Part shown: positions 52,281 to 60,499 of the stretch, piece by piece | Numbering within the stretch: the stretch's first letter is position 1 | Layout: each line of letters begins with the position of its first letter | Assembly (NCBI GenBank): GCA_963583605.1 | Contig: CAUZVZ010000001.1 | Span: forward strand, 3,177-67,176 | Length of the DNA stretch: 64,000 nt | Origin: Gemmatimonadales bacterium UBA6960 | GTDB lineage: Bacteria > Gemmatimonadota > Gemmatimonadetes > Longimicrobiales > Gaopeijiaceae | Reading direction: 5' to 3' | Program-made: the position numbers and the translations under genes | Notes under the pieces: model-generated | What the model saw: only the letters and a program-made list of their open reading frames with translations | The model's database searches: none | What the model was told of the DNA's origin: nothing

Positions 52281-52597
52281 TCCTGCACCCGATGAGCCAC
52301 ACGATTGTTTTCATAGTCGGCGTACCAGACTTCGAATGGCGGCAGCGGCAGAAAGCGCGAAGAGTGGACATCGGATCTTTGGACTCGTGGACGCCCTGCT
52401 CAGTCGCCCAAAGTCCGCGCGCGACGGTAAAGCGGCCTCACCGCCTCCCTAAGGATGAGCTCCAAAATACGTGACACCTGGTGCCGGCAATACCCCTCGT
52501 ACCGCATCTTCAGCACGGCCGTGTTGGACGGCGAACCTCCACGATCCACCGAATCAAGCGGGTTCCCAGGTGACCGGAGCTCAGGAGTGAGGGTCAT
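52281..52597 (-). pseudogene. Y-module paralog interrupted by an in-frame TGA
   Basis: ORF 52400..52597 (LKMRYEGYCRHQVSRILELI) ends at TGA 52400-52402. The same frame continues as ...SRFLPLPPFEVWYADYENNRVAHRVQEW, which is the second conserved Y block. It has no natural stop before it runs out of frame over the X-module gene. Confidence 0.45.
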
Positions 52598-52615
52598 GGC
52601 GCGATCCCGAAAATT

Positions 52616-53527
52616 CTAGTGGACGGTACCACCACTGACTCCATGACACGTGCGGAGTGCCTCGACCTTCGTTCGCCGCTCTCGGACGTGGAGCTGGGAG
52701 AGGGTGTCTCGCGCTCCGAAAGTGGTGAGGTGGTGCTCAAGGCCCTGGAATCGCTCCGGCTCGAAGCGTGCCAACAATGCCCCTAACCCCCGCCGGATTG
52801 TTCGGAGCTCCCCACGAGCCTCTGCCAGGCTGGCCGGGAACGAAAGACGGACCTGGTAGTCCACCGATCCACCGTTGTGCGCCTCGCTGAGACGCAGTAC
52901 ATCGCTGCGAGGAAACGCTTCCAGCACGCCGGCTTCGAGGATGGCGTCCGGCTCTGGCGAGGGTGTACTGAGCACCAAAGAGTTCGCGTCATAGTCGAGG
53001 TGTGCGCGCGCCACCCGATGCTCCCCGAAGACGATCCGGACTGCGGTGCCATCGTGAAAATCCAGGTCCCGGCAAATGTCCCGAAAACCGATCCTGAGAA
53101 TCGTGGGGCGGGTGAGTGGCCCGTATCCGAGGCGACCGAGTAGACTCAAGGCCATCTGAAACGAGTAGGCGCCCAGCAGTCTAGCGGCGTCCACCTCGTC
53201 GTCTCCGCGAGCCCTTTCCATAAGCAGACGATTGACGTGCTTCAGGGTGGGCTCATAGACCCAGTCGAGAACCACGAGCTCAGAACTCAGGTCCAACATC
53301 TTCACTGTGGAGCTTCCCAGATCCAGGACTTCCGAAGATGACGCAAAACGACCCTCGAGCACGAGCGCTAGTCCAATGTCTTGGATACGCCCCCCCGGTG
53401 GATCCACTTCGTGAAGATCACGGTAATGGACCACGGCCCTGGTCAGCGGAAGTTCACAGACACCGGGCACATCGGCCATGGCTTCGGGCCGGGCTGCGGA
53501 GTGAAGCGAGAAAGTCGTCCCCTCCAT
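52616..53527 (-). CDS. Hypothetical protein (303 aa)
   Basis: ATG 53527 follows GAGGAG. No family recognised. It is the first gene of the minus-strand unit that continues with the Y and X modules. Confidence 0.55.
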   Translation of the reverse strand: MEGTTFSLHSAARPEAMADVPGVCELPLTRAVVHYRDLHEVDPPGGRIQDIGLALVLEGRFASSSEVLDLGSSTVKMLDLSSELVVLDWVYEPTLKHVNRLLMERARGDDEVDAARLLGAYSFQMALSLLGRLGYGPLTRPTILRIGFRDICRDLDFHDGTAVRIVFGEHRVARAHLDYDANSLVLSTPSPEPDAILEAGVLEAFPRSDVLRLSEAHNGGSVDYQVRLSFPASLAEARGELRTIRRGLGALLARFEPERFQGLEHHLTTFGARDTLSQLHVRERRTKVEALRTCHGVSGGTVH

Positions 53528-53590
53528 GTCTCCTCACTGTCCGAATGGGCGGTCGATTTCTCAATCGGCGGACCCCGAAAGTATCGAGGC

Positions 53591-53614
53591 AAAAAACCCG
53601 GCATTCCTGCCGGG
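53591..53614 (-). terminator. Intrinsic terminator-like hairpin in the leader of gene 52616..53527
   Basis: The minus strand reads CCCGGC-aggaat-GCCGGG followed by TTTTTTG. It is preceded by an 8-bp hairpin, ATCGCAGA...TCTGCGAT (53625-53654). It lies 64 nt upstream of the ATG. Confidence 0.6.
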
Positions 53615-53822
53615 ACTTTCCCGAATCGCAGATGTCTGCAAAAGGCTCTGCGATACGGTAATGTTTAATTTTTTCTAGTCCTGCTGATCCACGATAACAA
53701 TATGTTTACGGTCCTGGCAAGAAGCTCGACAGTGCCGTCCACACGGAGGGGTCTTGCTTGCCCGCATCGCGGCGGGACAGCAATTTTAGTCCCATGCCCT
53801 GGCGACCTGGAATACCGACGAC

Positions 53823-54530
53823 TTGACCGAACACGCACTGATCGACCGATTCCGCAGGCGATCGCTCGGATTTCTGGACTGGGAACAGGAAACTTGGTCG
53901 TGTTTTCTGGTGACCTTCGTCGGAAGGGACAACCAGTGGCACGGTCATCTCGCGTTCCGCCCGCAGGATAGTGACGGTGAGTCAGACGAGGTGCGAACCG
54001 CAGATATTTTCATCGAGGCGTCTGAAGAGGAGCTTGACCATAAGGCCCGTGGCCTGGGACGTCCGCTCGTCCGGGCGTTGCTCTCTTCGGCTCTGCACGC
54101 ACGGCAAGGAGAGGAGGCCCCCGAATCTCCCAGGACCCGTCGGTGGTTCAAGAAACTGCTCCTGGAGAGTTCGAAGGAACTCTCCGCATCCGCTGAAGGG
54201 CATCTGGGTGAACATCTGGATGACGCCGAGGGGTTGGACACGGTCGAACTCCGGTCCCTCTACAAGTCCTATCGGCTCGATCAGGTGTGCCACTTCATCA
54301 CCCTCGTGGACCCCAGGTGCTTCGAAGCAGCGGTCGACTCGATTCTCGAGGGTCAACTGGCAGACTTTGGCGCCAAGGATCGGTTACAACTGGGCATGCT
54401 CGTCATCGAGTACATCGAGGCACGTATTCCCATGCCGCCGTTCGAAGTTTGGGTCGAGGACTTCCTGGCGCACAGGGAGGAATACGTGCTCTACACGCAC
54501 ACCCTCCACCGCGAACGAAGGCTTCCCTGA
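53823..54530 (+). CDS. Hypothetical protein, fused X+Y modules
   Basis: 235 aa with a TTG start and no clear SD. The N-terminal half reads WSCFLVTFVGRDNQWHGHLAFRP...VRTADIFIEASEEELDHKA...VRALLSSAL. The C-terminal half reads LRSLYKSYRLDQVCHFITLVDPRC...IPMPPFEVWVEDFLAHREEYV. Confidence 0.55.
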   Translation: MTEHALIDRFRRRSLGFLDWEQETWSCFLVTFVGRDNQWHGHLAFRPQDSDGESDEVRTADIFIEASEEELDHKARGLGRPLVRALLSSALHARQGEEAPESPRTRRWFKKLLLESSKELSASAEGHLGEHLDDAEGLDTVELRSLYKSYRLDQVCHFITLVDPRCFEAAVDSILEGQLADFGAKDRLQLGMLVIEYIEARIPMPPFEVWVEDFLAHREEYVLYTHTLHRERRLP

Positions 54531-54626
54531 TGCGGCCATAGCCACTACTATTTGGGTCTTGGTCGGATATTTGATCATCGATTCTTTCTTTTGGAATCGA
54601 CCGTACACGAAGGGAGTTGTTGTTCC

Positions 54627-54821
54627 TTGGAAGTAACGATTCAAGACAACGAGAGCCTCGAACGGGCGCTCCGCCGCTTCAAGCGGAAGGTGCAGCGCTC
54701 GGGCCTCTACTCAGAACTCAGGAAGCGTCGCTTCTACGAGAAGCCGAGCGCCCAGCGGAAGCGGAAGCGCGAGGCCGCCATTCGGCGAGAACGCCGCCGT
54801 CAGCGCCGAGGTAAGATCTAG
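54627..54821 (+). CDS. rpsU: 30S ribosomal protein S21
   Basis: Lies in ORF 54552..54821. Start set at TTG 54627 after GAAGGGAG. Contains [50 protein letters not shown]. Confidence 0.85.
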   Translation: MEVTIQDNESLERALRRFKRKVQRSGLYSELRKRRFYEKPSAQRKRKREAAIRRERRRQRRGKI

Positions 54822-54841
54822 AGACCCTTCTGGGTTCCCCC

Positions 54842-55720
54842 TCAGAGCGGCAGTGGAGTCGGCTGCTCCCCCGACCAGTCGTAGAACCCTTTACCAGTCT
54901 TTCTGCCGAACCGCCCCATCGAGACGACCCGCTTCAGAAGCGGGGGCGGTGCGTATCGAGCCTCCCGATACTCCTCGAACATGATTTCCGAGATTCGATA
55001 GACCGTATCGATCCCGACGAAGTCGCAGAGGGTGAACGGACCCATGGGATGACCCAGTCCCAGCGTCATCGCCTGATCGATGTCCTCCATCGAGGCCACG
55101 CCGCGCTCGAGTTGCCGGATGGCGTCGAGCATATAGGGCACCAGGAGCAGGTTCACCACGAAGCCTGAGTTGTCCTTCGCCGTGATCGGCTTCTTGCCCA
55201 GGGCCTCCGCGAACGCAAACGCTGCGCTGAACACTTCGTCGCTCGTAGCGATGGTACGCACGACCTCAACGAGCTCCATCACCGGGACCGGATTGAAGAA
55301 GTGGAGGCCAACCACCCGATCCGGCCTCTTGGTGGCTGCCGCCATGTCGGTGATGGTCAGAGATGAGGTGTTCGAGGCGAAGATGGCCTCAGGCCCACAG
55401 AGATCATCCAGAGCTGAGAACAGCTCGTTCTTGTTCCCGATCTCCTCCACGATCGCCTCGATCACGAGATCGCGGTCCGCCAACTCAGAGAGCTCAGTGG
55501 AGAAACGGAGACGACTCCACGCGGCGTCCCGGTCGGCCCCCGTGAGTTTTTCTCTCTCTACCGCTCGGCCGAGCGATTTTCGGATTCGGTCCCGGCCGGC
55601 CTCGATCAGATCCTCACTCATTTCCCGCACGATGACATCGAAATTCGCCTTCGCCGCGACCTCGGCGATCCCGCTGCCCATGAGCCCGCACCCAACTACG
55701 CCCACCCTCTCAATGTCCAC
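54842..55720 (-). CDS. 3-hydroxyacyl-CoA (3-hydroxybutyryl-CoA) dehydrogenase
   Basis: 292 aa. The GTG start directly abuts the thiolase TAA. Contains VGVVGCGLMGSGIAEV...NTSSL...HFFNPVPVMELVEV. Confidence 0.9.
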   Translation of the reverse strand: MDIERVGVVGCGLMGSGIAEVAAKANFDVIVREMSEDLIEAGRDRIRKSLGRAVEREKLTGADRDAAWSRLRFSTELSELADRDLVIEAIVEEIGNKNELFSALDDLCGPEAIFASNTSSLTITDMAAATKRPDRVVGLHFFNPVPVMELVEVVRTIATSDEVFSAAFAFAEALGKKPITAKDNSGFVVNLLLVPYMLDAIRQLERGVASMEDIDQAMTLGLGHPMGPFTLCDFVGIDTVYRISEIMFEEYREARYAPPPLLKRVVSMGRFGRKTGKGFYDWSGEQPTPLPL

Positions 55721-56926
55721 TTAAAAGGCCTCCACGACCACCGCACCCCCCTGCCCCCCACCGATGCACGCTGCTCCGAGGCCGTACTTGCCTCCGCGCC
55801 GCAGCAGCTCATGCAGAAGGTGGATCGTGATGCGCGCCCCGGATGCCGCGAGTGGATGGGTGATCGCGATCGCTCCCCCATTCACGTTGGTGATCGCAGG
55901 ATCGAGTCCGAGCTCCTTCTCGACCGCCATGTATTGGCCTGCAAACGCCTCGTTCACTTCCACGAGGTCCATGTCGTCCAGGGTCAACCCGGCCTTTTCG
56001 AGAGCCAGACGTGAGGCAGGCGCCGGGCCAATGCCCATGACGCTCGGCTCAACACCGGCAAATCCCCACGACACGATGCGGCCGAGTGCCTCGACCCCGT
56101 GCTGTTCGGCCCAATCAGCCCCCGCGAGCAGGGCGCTCGCTGCCCCGTCACCGATCCCGCTGGCGTTGCCGGCCGTCACTAGACCATCCTTTTTGAAGAA
56201 AGGGCGAAGCCCACTCAGCGCTTCGAGGGTCGTGTCGGGCCGCATGTGCTCGTCGTGGGCGAACTCCTCTTCCCCTTTTCGGCTCTTGAGCATGACCGGG
56301 GCGATCTCGGCCGCAAAGTGGCCGCCGTCCCACGCGGCCTTGGCGCGCTGCTGGCTGCGGACCGCCACCTCATCGGCCTCCTCACGGGTGACGTGGTAAC
56401 GCTCTGCCAGCTCTTCCGCCGTCTCAGCCATCGTCATGTCGCAGTTGGAGTCACGGAGAGCCTCCCAGAGGATATCCTCGAAGGCGGGTGCGGCGGGTCC
56501 TAGGCGAAGCTGTCCCCAACGTGCTCCGCGCACGACGTGGGGCGCCTGACTCATCGACTCCGTGCCACCGCACAGCGTCACGTCAGCCCCACCAAGAAGG
56601 ATCTCCTTGGCTCCCTGGACGATCGCCTCGAATCCCGAGCCACACAGCCTGTTGACGGTCAGCGCCGGACTTTCCTGGGGAACGCCGGATCGTAGCGCGA
56701 CGTGGCGGGCGAGGTAGATCGCGTCCGAAGAGGTTTGGAGGGCGTTTCCGACGAAGGTGTGATCGATCCGGTCCGGCGCCACGCCGGCGGCCTCGATCGC
56801 GGCGAGACTCGAGAAAACCGCAAGATCCGTTGCGGTAAAACTCTTGAGGCTTCCACCGAAGGTTCCGAAGGGAGTCCTCTTTCCCGAGAGAACGACGATG
56901 TCCTTGGCGTGTCCTTGTGTTCCCAT
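55721..56926 (-). CDS. Acetyl-CoA C-acyltransferase (thiolase)
   Basis: Lies in ORF 55721..57166. Start set at ATG 56926 (MGTQGHAKDIVVLSGKRTPFG). Contains NRLCGSGFEAI, NGGAIAITHPLAASGARI and CIGGGQGGAVVVE. Confidence 0.92.
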   Translation of the reverse strand: MGTQGHAKDIVVLSGKRTPFGTFGGSLKSFTATDLAVFSSLAAIEAAGVAPDRIDHTFVGNALQTSSDAIYLARHVALRSGVPQESPALTVNRLCGSGFEAIVQGAKEILLGGADVTLCGGTESMSQAPHVVRGARWGQLRLGPAAPAFEDILWEALRDSNCDMTMAETAEELAERYHVTREEADEVAVRSQQRAKAAWDGGHFAAEIAPVMLKSRKGEEEFAHDEHMRPDTTLEALSGLRPFFKKDGLVTAGNASGIGDGAASALLAGADWAEQHGVEALGRIVSWGFAGVEPSVMGIGPAPASRLALEKAGLTLDDMDLVEVNEAFAGQYMAVEKELGLDPAITNVNGGAIAITHPLAASGARITIHLLHELLRRGGKYGLGAACIGGGQGGAVVVEAF

Positions 56927-56990
56927 ACTAGAGGCCTGTGGAAGGAGTACGGTGTGCCGCGCCGCGTAGTGTGCCTCGTTGTGAATGAAT

Positions 56991-57443
56991 CTAACGAACC
57001 GCAGGAAGCTCCCGCACGCGCACACTGCCGAAGACGGGGTCTCCATGGCTGACGCTCGAAAAAACGTACCGACCGGCAGGCGCCTCGCGGAAGTCGACCA
57101 GGAATCGACTCCCCTGCTGGAGCAGTGGTGGGCCCTTGAGCTGCCCGGTGTCGGCCAAGTACTCAAGGGCCTCCGGAGAAAGCGAGTCGGGCACGAAGGA
57201 CACCACGTGTACTCGGCGGTCGAGCGTTACGAACTGGACCCATTCCCCTGTCGCGATGTCCAAGTGGGGCGGGACGATATGCTCCACGTCTCGGCCTCCG
57301 GACAGTTGAACCACTTGGGCAGTAGCGACGATCTCAGCGTACGGACCCGTATCGGCCTCCTCGACCGGTGCGGGAATCGCCTTCGGCTCGATCCCGCATC
57401 CCATGACCGCCAGGAAGGCGATGGCTCCGATTCGTCTAATCAC
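56991..57443 (-). CDS. Hypothetical lipoprotein (possibly cupredoxin-like)
   Basis: Lies in ORF 56991..57530. Start set at GTG 57443, giving VIRRIGAIAFLAVMGCG (a lipobox). The body is beta-rich. The fold guess is weak. Confidence 0.5.
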   Translation of the reverse strand: MIRRIGAIAFLAVMGCGIEPKAIPAPVEEADTGPYAEIVATAQVVQLSGGRDVEHIVPPHLDIATGEWVQFVTLDRRVHVVSFVPDSLSPEALEYLADTGQLKGPPLLQQGSRFLVDFREAPAGRYVFSSVSHGDPVFGSVRVRELPAVR

Positions 57444-58224
57444 GCACGCCGGCCCCACAGGAAGCACAGAACTGCCAACGGGCCTCCATCGCTTCGCCAC
57501 ACTCGCGGCACGGGGACGGGCGGAGGTCACTGCCGCAGAATGGACAGAAATGGATGGAGTCGCGCTCCGGAAGGGCCTCGCGGCACCAGTGACACACCGT
57601 CACTCCGTCACTGGGGTCGGCAGCCGTCGAATCGGCTCCGTCGGGCGCCTGCTCCGAAAGCGACACCAGAGGCGGAGCCGTGATCGTCTCGATGTGGCCC
57701 ACCACGCCACCCTCGCTTGCCCTTCTTGGGTCTGACAACTCCAGCTCCCCCTCCAGCTCGGCACCGAACTCGGCCTCCAGCTCTCCGTACCAGTCTTCGG
57801 CGCTCTCTCCATCCCCATCGGCATCGATGGCGTCCGCCTTAGAATCCTCAGCTCGCACTTCGGATTCGGACCCGGCGCCCAAGGGCACTTGGCTCGGATG
57901 TAGACGGACATCCACCGCCGCAAACTCCCGGAACAGAGCGGTGTTGGGATTGGGGCCAGCGAGTTCCTCCTGCAGCTCCCGCCGGGCCACCTCGGAGTCG
58001 AGCAGCAGATAGTCGCCTTCTCCGGAGAGCAGCCGGGCGAGTGCGTCCTCGTAGTCCCCGTTCATTTCGACCCCGATCAAGTCCCGGTGGGATCGATAAG
58101 GAACCAGATCCTGATAGATCTCCGCGACCGTGAACGGACCGGTCAGATATTCCGGTCGGGTAGCTGCGATCTGTTGTATGAGTGCCCCGAGGAACCGTTG
58201 GAGCACATCTCCAGGCGGCGACAT
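57436..58224 (-). CDS. Hypothetical protein with acidic linker and C-terminal double zinc ribbon
   Basis: 262 aa. The C-terminus reads CHWCREALPERDSIHFCPFCGSDLRPSPCRECGEAMEARWQFCASCG. Confidence 0.55.
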   Translation of the reverse strand: MSPPGDVLQRFLGALIQQIAATRPEYLTGPFTVAEIYQDLVPYRSHRDLIGVEMNGDYEDALARLLSGEGDYLLLDSEVARRELQEELAGPNPNTALFREFAAVDVRLHPSQVPLGAGSESEVRAEDSKADAIDADGDGESAEDWYGELEAEFGAELEGELELSDPRRASEGGVVGHIETITAPPLVSLSEQAPDGADSTAADPSDGVTVCHWCREALPERDSIHFCPFCGSDLRPSPCRECGEAMEARWQFCASCGAGVRD

Positions 58225-58228
58225 GATG

Positions 58229-59326
58229 TCAGTCTTCGAGATACACGGCGCCGGCGCGGATGGCGGACTCGAGAAAGCTCTCGGGATCAGCGAAGGGAAT
58301 CTCCACGCCGAGCTGTTCGTGCCACCGCTCCGCCAGCCGTCTCATGTACTGGGACAGAGTTTCGTGGGAGAATCCAGCTTGATCTCGCATTTGGCGCACG
58401 ATATGGCCCCAAGTGCCACGGAAGAGGTGTCCATTGCCCAAGCGAACCTCGTGCGACTCCGTTGCACCCCTTCGCTCACCCCGCTCGAAGAGCTCGAGCT
58501 GACTCGGATCGATCAGTGAGCGCTCGTCACCGTTGATCTGTGCCTCGACCTCAGCGAGTAGGCGGTCGATGGGATCATGAAGCGCCTCAAGTTCGTCCAA
58601 GCGCTTTTGCCAGGGCGCGACCCGCTCGTCCCCGTCTTCCACTTGCCAAAGAGCTCGCTTGAGCTCAATGAGGCGCCACACGGCCAAAGCGTCCCAATGA
58701 TTGAGCGGCGGGACGCGCTCGAACTCGCGGAGGGCCCCCTCCCAGTCTCCCCGATCGTACAGGATATGGCCAAGGTAGATTCTGGCCTCATAAAGATCGG
58801 GATCGAGACGGAGGGACCTTCGGACCTGACGCCCGGCACCCACCTCATCACCCAGGCGATGGAGCGCGTAGCCGAGCGATGCCGCGACCTCAGCGCTGTC
58901 CGGGCGGGCGGCAGAGGCCCTTGCGAACACATCACGACTTTCGGCATAGAGGCTCTCACGATAAAGCGCCCGCCCCATCGTGAGCATCAGCTCGACGTCG
59001 TTTTCGAGCCCCAACGCGGCGACCCGCTCGAAAAGTGCGAGCGCGGCGTCGCGCTCCCCGAAACGGAGGAGAGTCTCGCCCAACCCCACCAAGGCGTCCC
59101 CATGCCCCTGATCGAGGACGAGCGCACGGTCGAAGGCTTTGCGCGCCCACGCGTATTCCTCCCGCGCCAGACGTGCATAGCCCATTCCCACGCAGAGTTC
59201 TACGGCATTGGGATACAGCGAGAGGCCCTCTTTGAGCATCTCGAGGGCCCCTTCGTAATCTCCACTGTTGTATAACTGGTGAGCCTGTTCGTCGTACTCT
59301 TCAGAGCTGAGGAATCCCTCTGCCAT
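58229..59326 (-). CDS. Tetratricopeptide repeat protein
   Basis: 365 aa with repeated TPR-like helices (YNSGDYEGALEMLKEGLSLYPN, ARKAFDRALVLDQGHGDAL and others). The C-terminal 100 aa are not TPR. Confidence 0.75.
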   Translation of the reverse strand: MAEGFLSSEEYDEQAHQLYNSGDYEGALEMLKEGLSLYPNAVELCVGMGYARLAREEYAWARKAFDRALVLDQGHGDALVGLGETLLRFGERDAALALFERVAALGLENDVELMLTMGRALYRESLYAESRDVFARASAARPDSAEVAASLGYALHRLGDEVGAGRQVRRSLRLDPDLYEARIYLGHILYDRGDWEGALREFERVPPLNHWDALAVWRLIELKRALWQVEDGDERVAPWQKRLDELEALHDPIDRLLAEVEAQINGDERSLIDPSQLELFERGERRGATESHEVRLGNGHLFRGTWGHIVRQMRDQAGFSHETLSQYMRRLAERWHEQLGVEIPFADPESFLESAIRAGAVYLED

Positions 59327-59419
59327 CGCGACGAAGCTCCTTAAGCTAGAGTGCGCACGGCTCTAGGCCGCAATGTACTGGAGGCCGATGGGGATCACCA
59401 CCCTGACTCTCACCGGCTG

Positions 59420-59824
59420 CTACTTGGCCCTCGCATAGCGAACACCACACCTCGGACACGTGAGGTCGTGGTGTATTCGCGTCAAGAGTTCCCCGTGGTG
59501 CCGCGGACATTTCGGATCACTGCCCTCAGCGATCATGTCCCGCACCTTCTTCCGCTCAGTGCGCGTGGCCTTGGGCACAATCATCTGGTACCGAAGCGAT
59601 GAGGCCGTGCACTCCAAGAGGACCAGCCCCGAGCCGTCATCTTCAGGCAGGACTCCCAGGACCATCAGAAATCCGCCGGACGGAGAGGGAAGACGTCCTC
59701 CATCGTAATAGGGGCCCAACAGTCCCTCCTCATCCGGCAAGGAGAGGCCTTGGGCACTCTCCGCCTTCACACCTCCCTGATTGTGGGAACCGGTCATGAG
59801 CCGTCGCGACGCACTCAGCACCAC
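59420..59824 (-). CDS. Hypothetical protein with C-terminal zinc-ribbon (start uncertain)
   Basis: 134-aa ORF ending with CPRHHGELLTRIHHDLTCPRCG. No SD was found at either candidate start. Confidence 0.45.
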   Translation of the reverse strand: MVLSASRRLMTGSHNQGGVKAESAQGLSLPDEEGLLGPYYDGGRLPSPSGGFLMVLGVLPEDDGSGLVLLECTASSLRYQMIVPKATRTERKKVRDMIAEGSDPKCPRHHGELLTRIHHDLTCPRCGVRYARAK

Positions 59825-59984
59825 AATTGCGTTTCTTGAGGATCCCTCATAAAGGCGTCCGCATCACCCGTCCGAGAGGCACTTATTGATCTGCTCCGCC
59901 AACTGGGGCGGCAACATACTGTGCGTCCGGAGGGTTCGCCAGCACTCCCGCGCAGTGTGCCGGAGACGCCCCTTTTTCTCTATC

Positions 59985-60021
59985 TAAAGGAAAACGGCGG
60001 GAAAGCTCAGCTTCCTGCCGT
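59985..60021 (-). terminator. Rho-independent terminator after gene 60056..60400
   Basis: The minus strand reads ACGGCAGGAAGC-tga-GCTTTCCCGCCGT followed by TTTCCTTT. It lies 35 nt past the TGA stop. Confidence 0.55.
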
Positions 60022-60055
60022 ATGGTCGAGGATGAGAGTCCTCTGGGTGGAGACG

Positions 60056-60400
60056 TCAGGCGGCGTTGGCGTTGGCGTTCCCGTCCTGCTCCTGCGTATC
60101 CCCGGAGGCCGTCGGAGTCTCAGCCACTGGCTCAGACACTGCCGTCGGAGTCTCGGCGACCGGCTCGGCCACTGCGACAGCTGGCACATTATTGATCGCC
60201 GGCTGACAGAACCTGATGCCGACCGCATGGAGCTCCTGGAGGTCGGGATCTACCAGATCCGGATAACGCTCACCGATATAGTCGATGGTCTCGTTCATCC
60301 ACGCCGTCCGGTCATCATCCGTGGCGCTCAGCACGCCACATCGATTAATGTGGCTGAACAACTCGTCACGAGCCTGCGCGAAAATTTTCTCTTGGGGCAC
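60056..60400 (-). CDS. Hypothetical protein with repeat-containing tail
   Basis: 114 aa. GTG 60400 follows GGGAGG. The C-terminus has AVAEPVAETPT/AVSEPVAETPT tandem repeats and NANANA. Confidence 0.55.
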   Translation of the reverse strand: MPQEKIFAQARDELFSHINRCGVLSATDDDRTAWMNETIDYIGERYPDLVDPDLQELHAVGIRFCQPAINNVPAVAVAEPVAETPTAVSEPVAETPTASGDTQEQDGNANANAA

Positions 60401-60442
60401 TCACACCTCCCTGAATTCCTTGTGAACGGATAGAATATCCGA

Positions 60443-60472
60443 TTCAAATGTATGCGGTTTCAAATGTATGCG
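60443..60472. repeat. Tandem direct repeat TTCAAATGTATGCG x2 in divergent promoter
   Basis: Exact 14-mers at 60443-60456 and 60459-60472 (period 16). The adjacent inverted repeat GGATAgaaTATCC lies at 60428-60440. Confidence 0.7.
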
Positions 60473-60499
60473 ATGCTAACTTAGCGGTAAGTGTAACCC

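Noticed and set aside
52400-52402. In-frame TGA in the Y-module paralog as a selenocysteine codon.
   Set aside because: There is no redox-type Cys context: the paralogs have no Cys at the aligned position. I saw no SECIS-like hairpin immediately downstream. The gene also lacks a proper stop further on, so it looks decayed.
51630-53720. AT-rich islands near recF/gyrB/ssb as a replication origin.
   Set aside because: I found no clustered DnaA boxes (TTATCCACA or its complement), only single weak matches such as TTATCCGAT. No dnaA or dnaN gene is adjacent.
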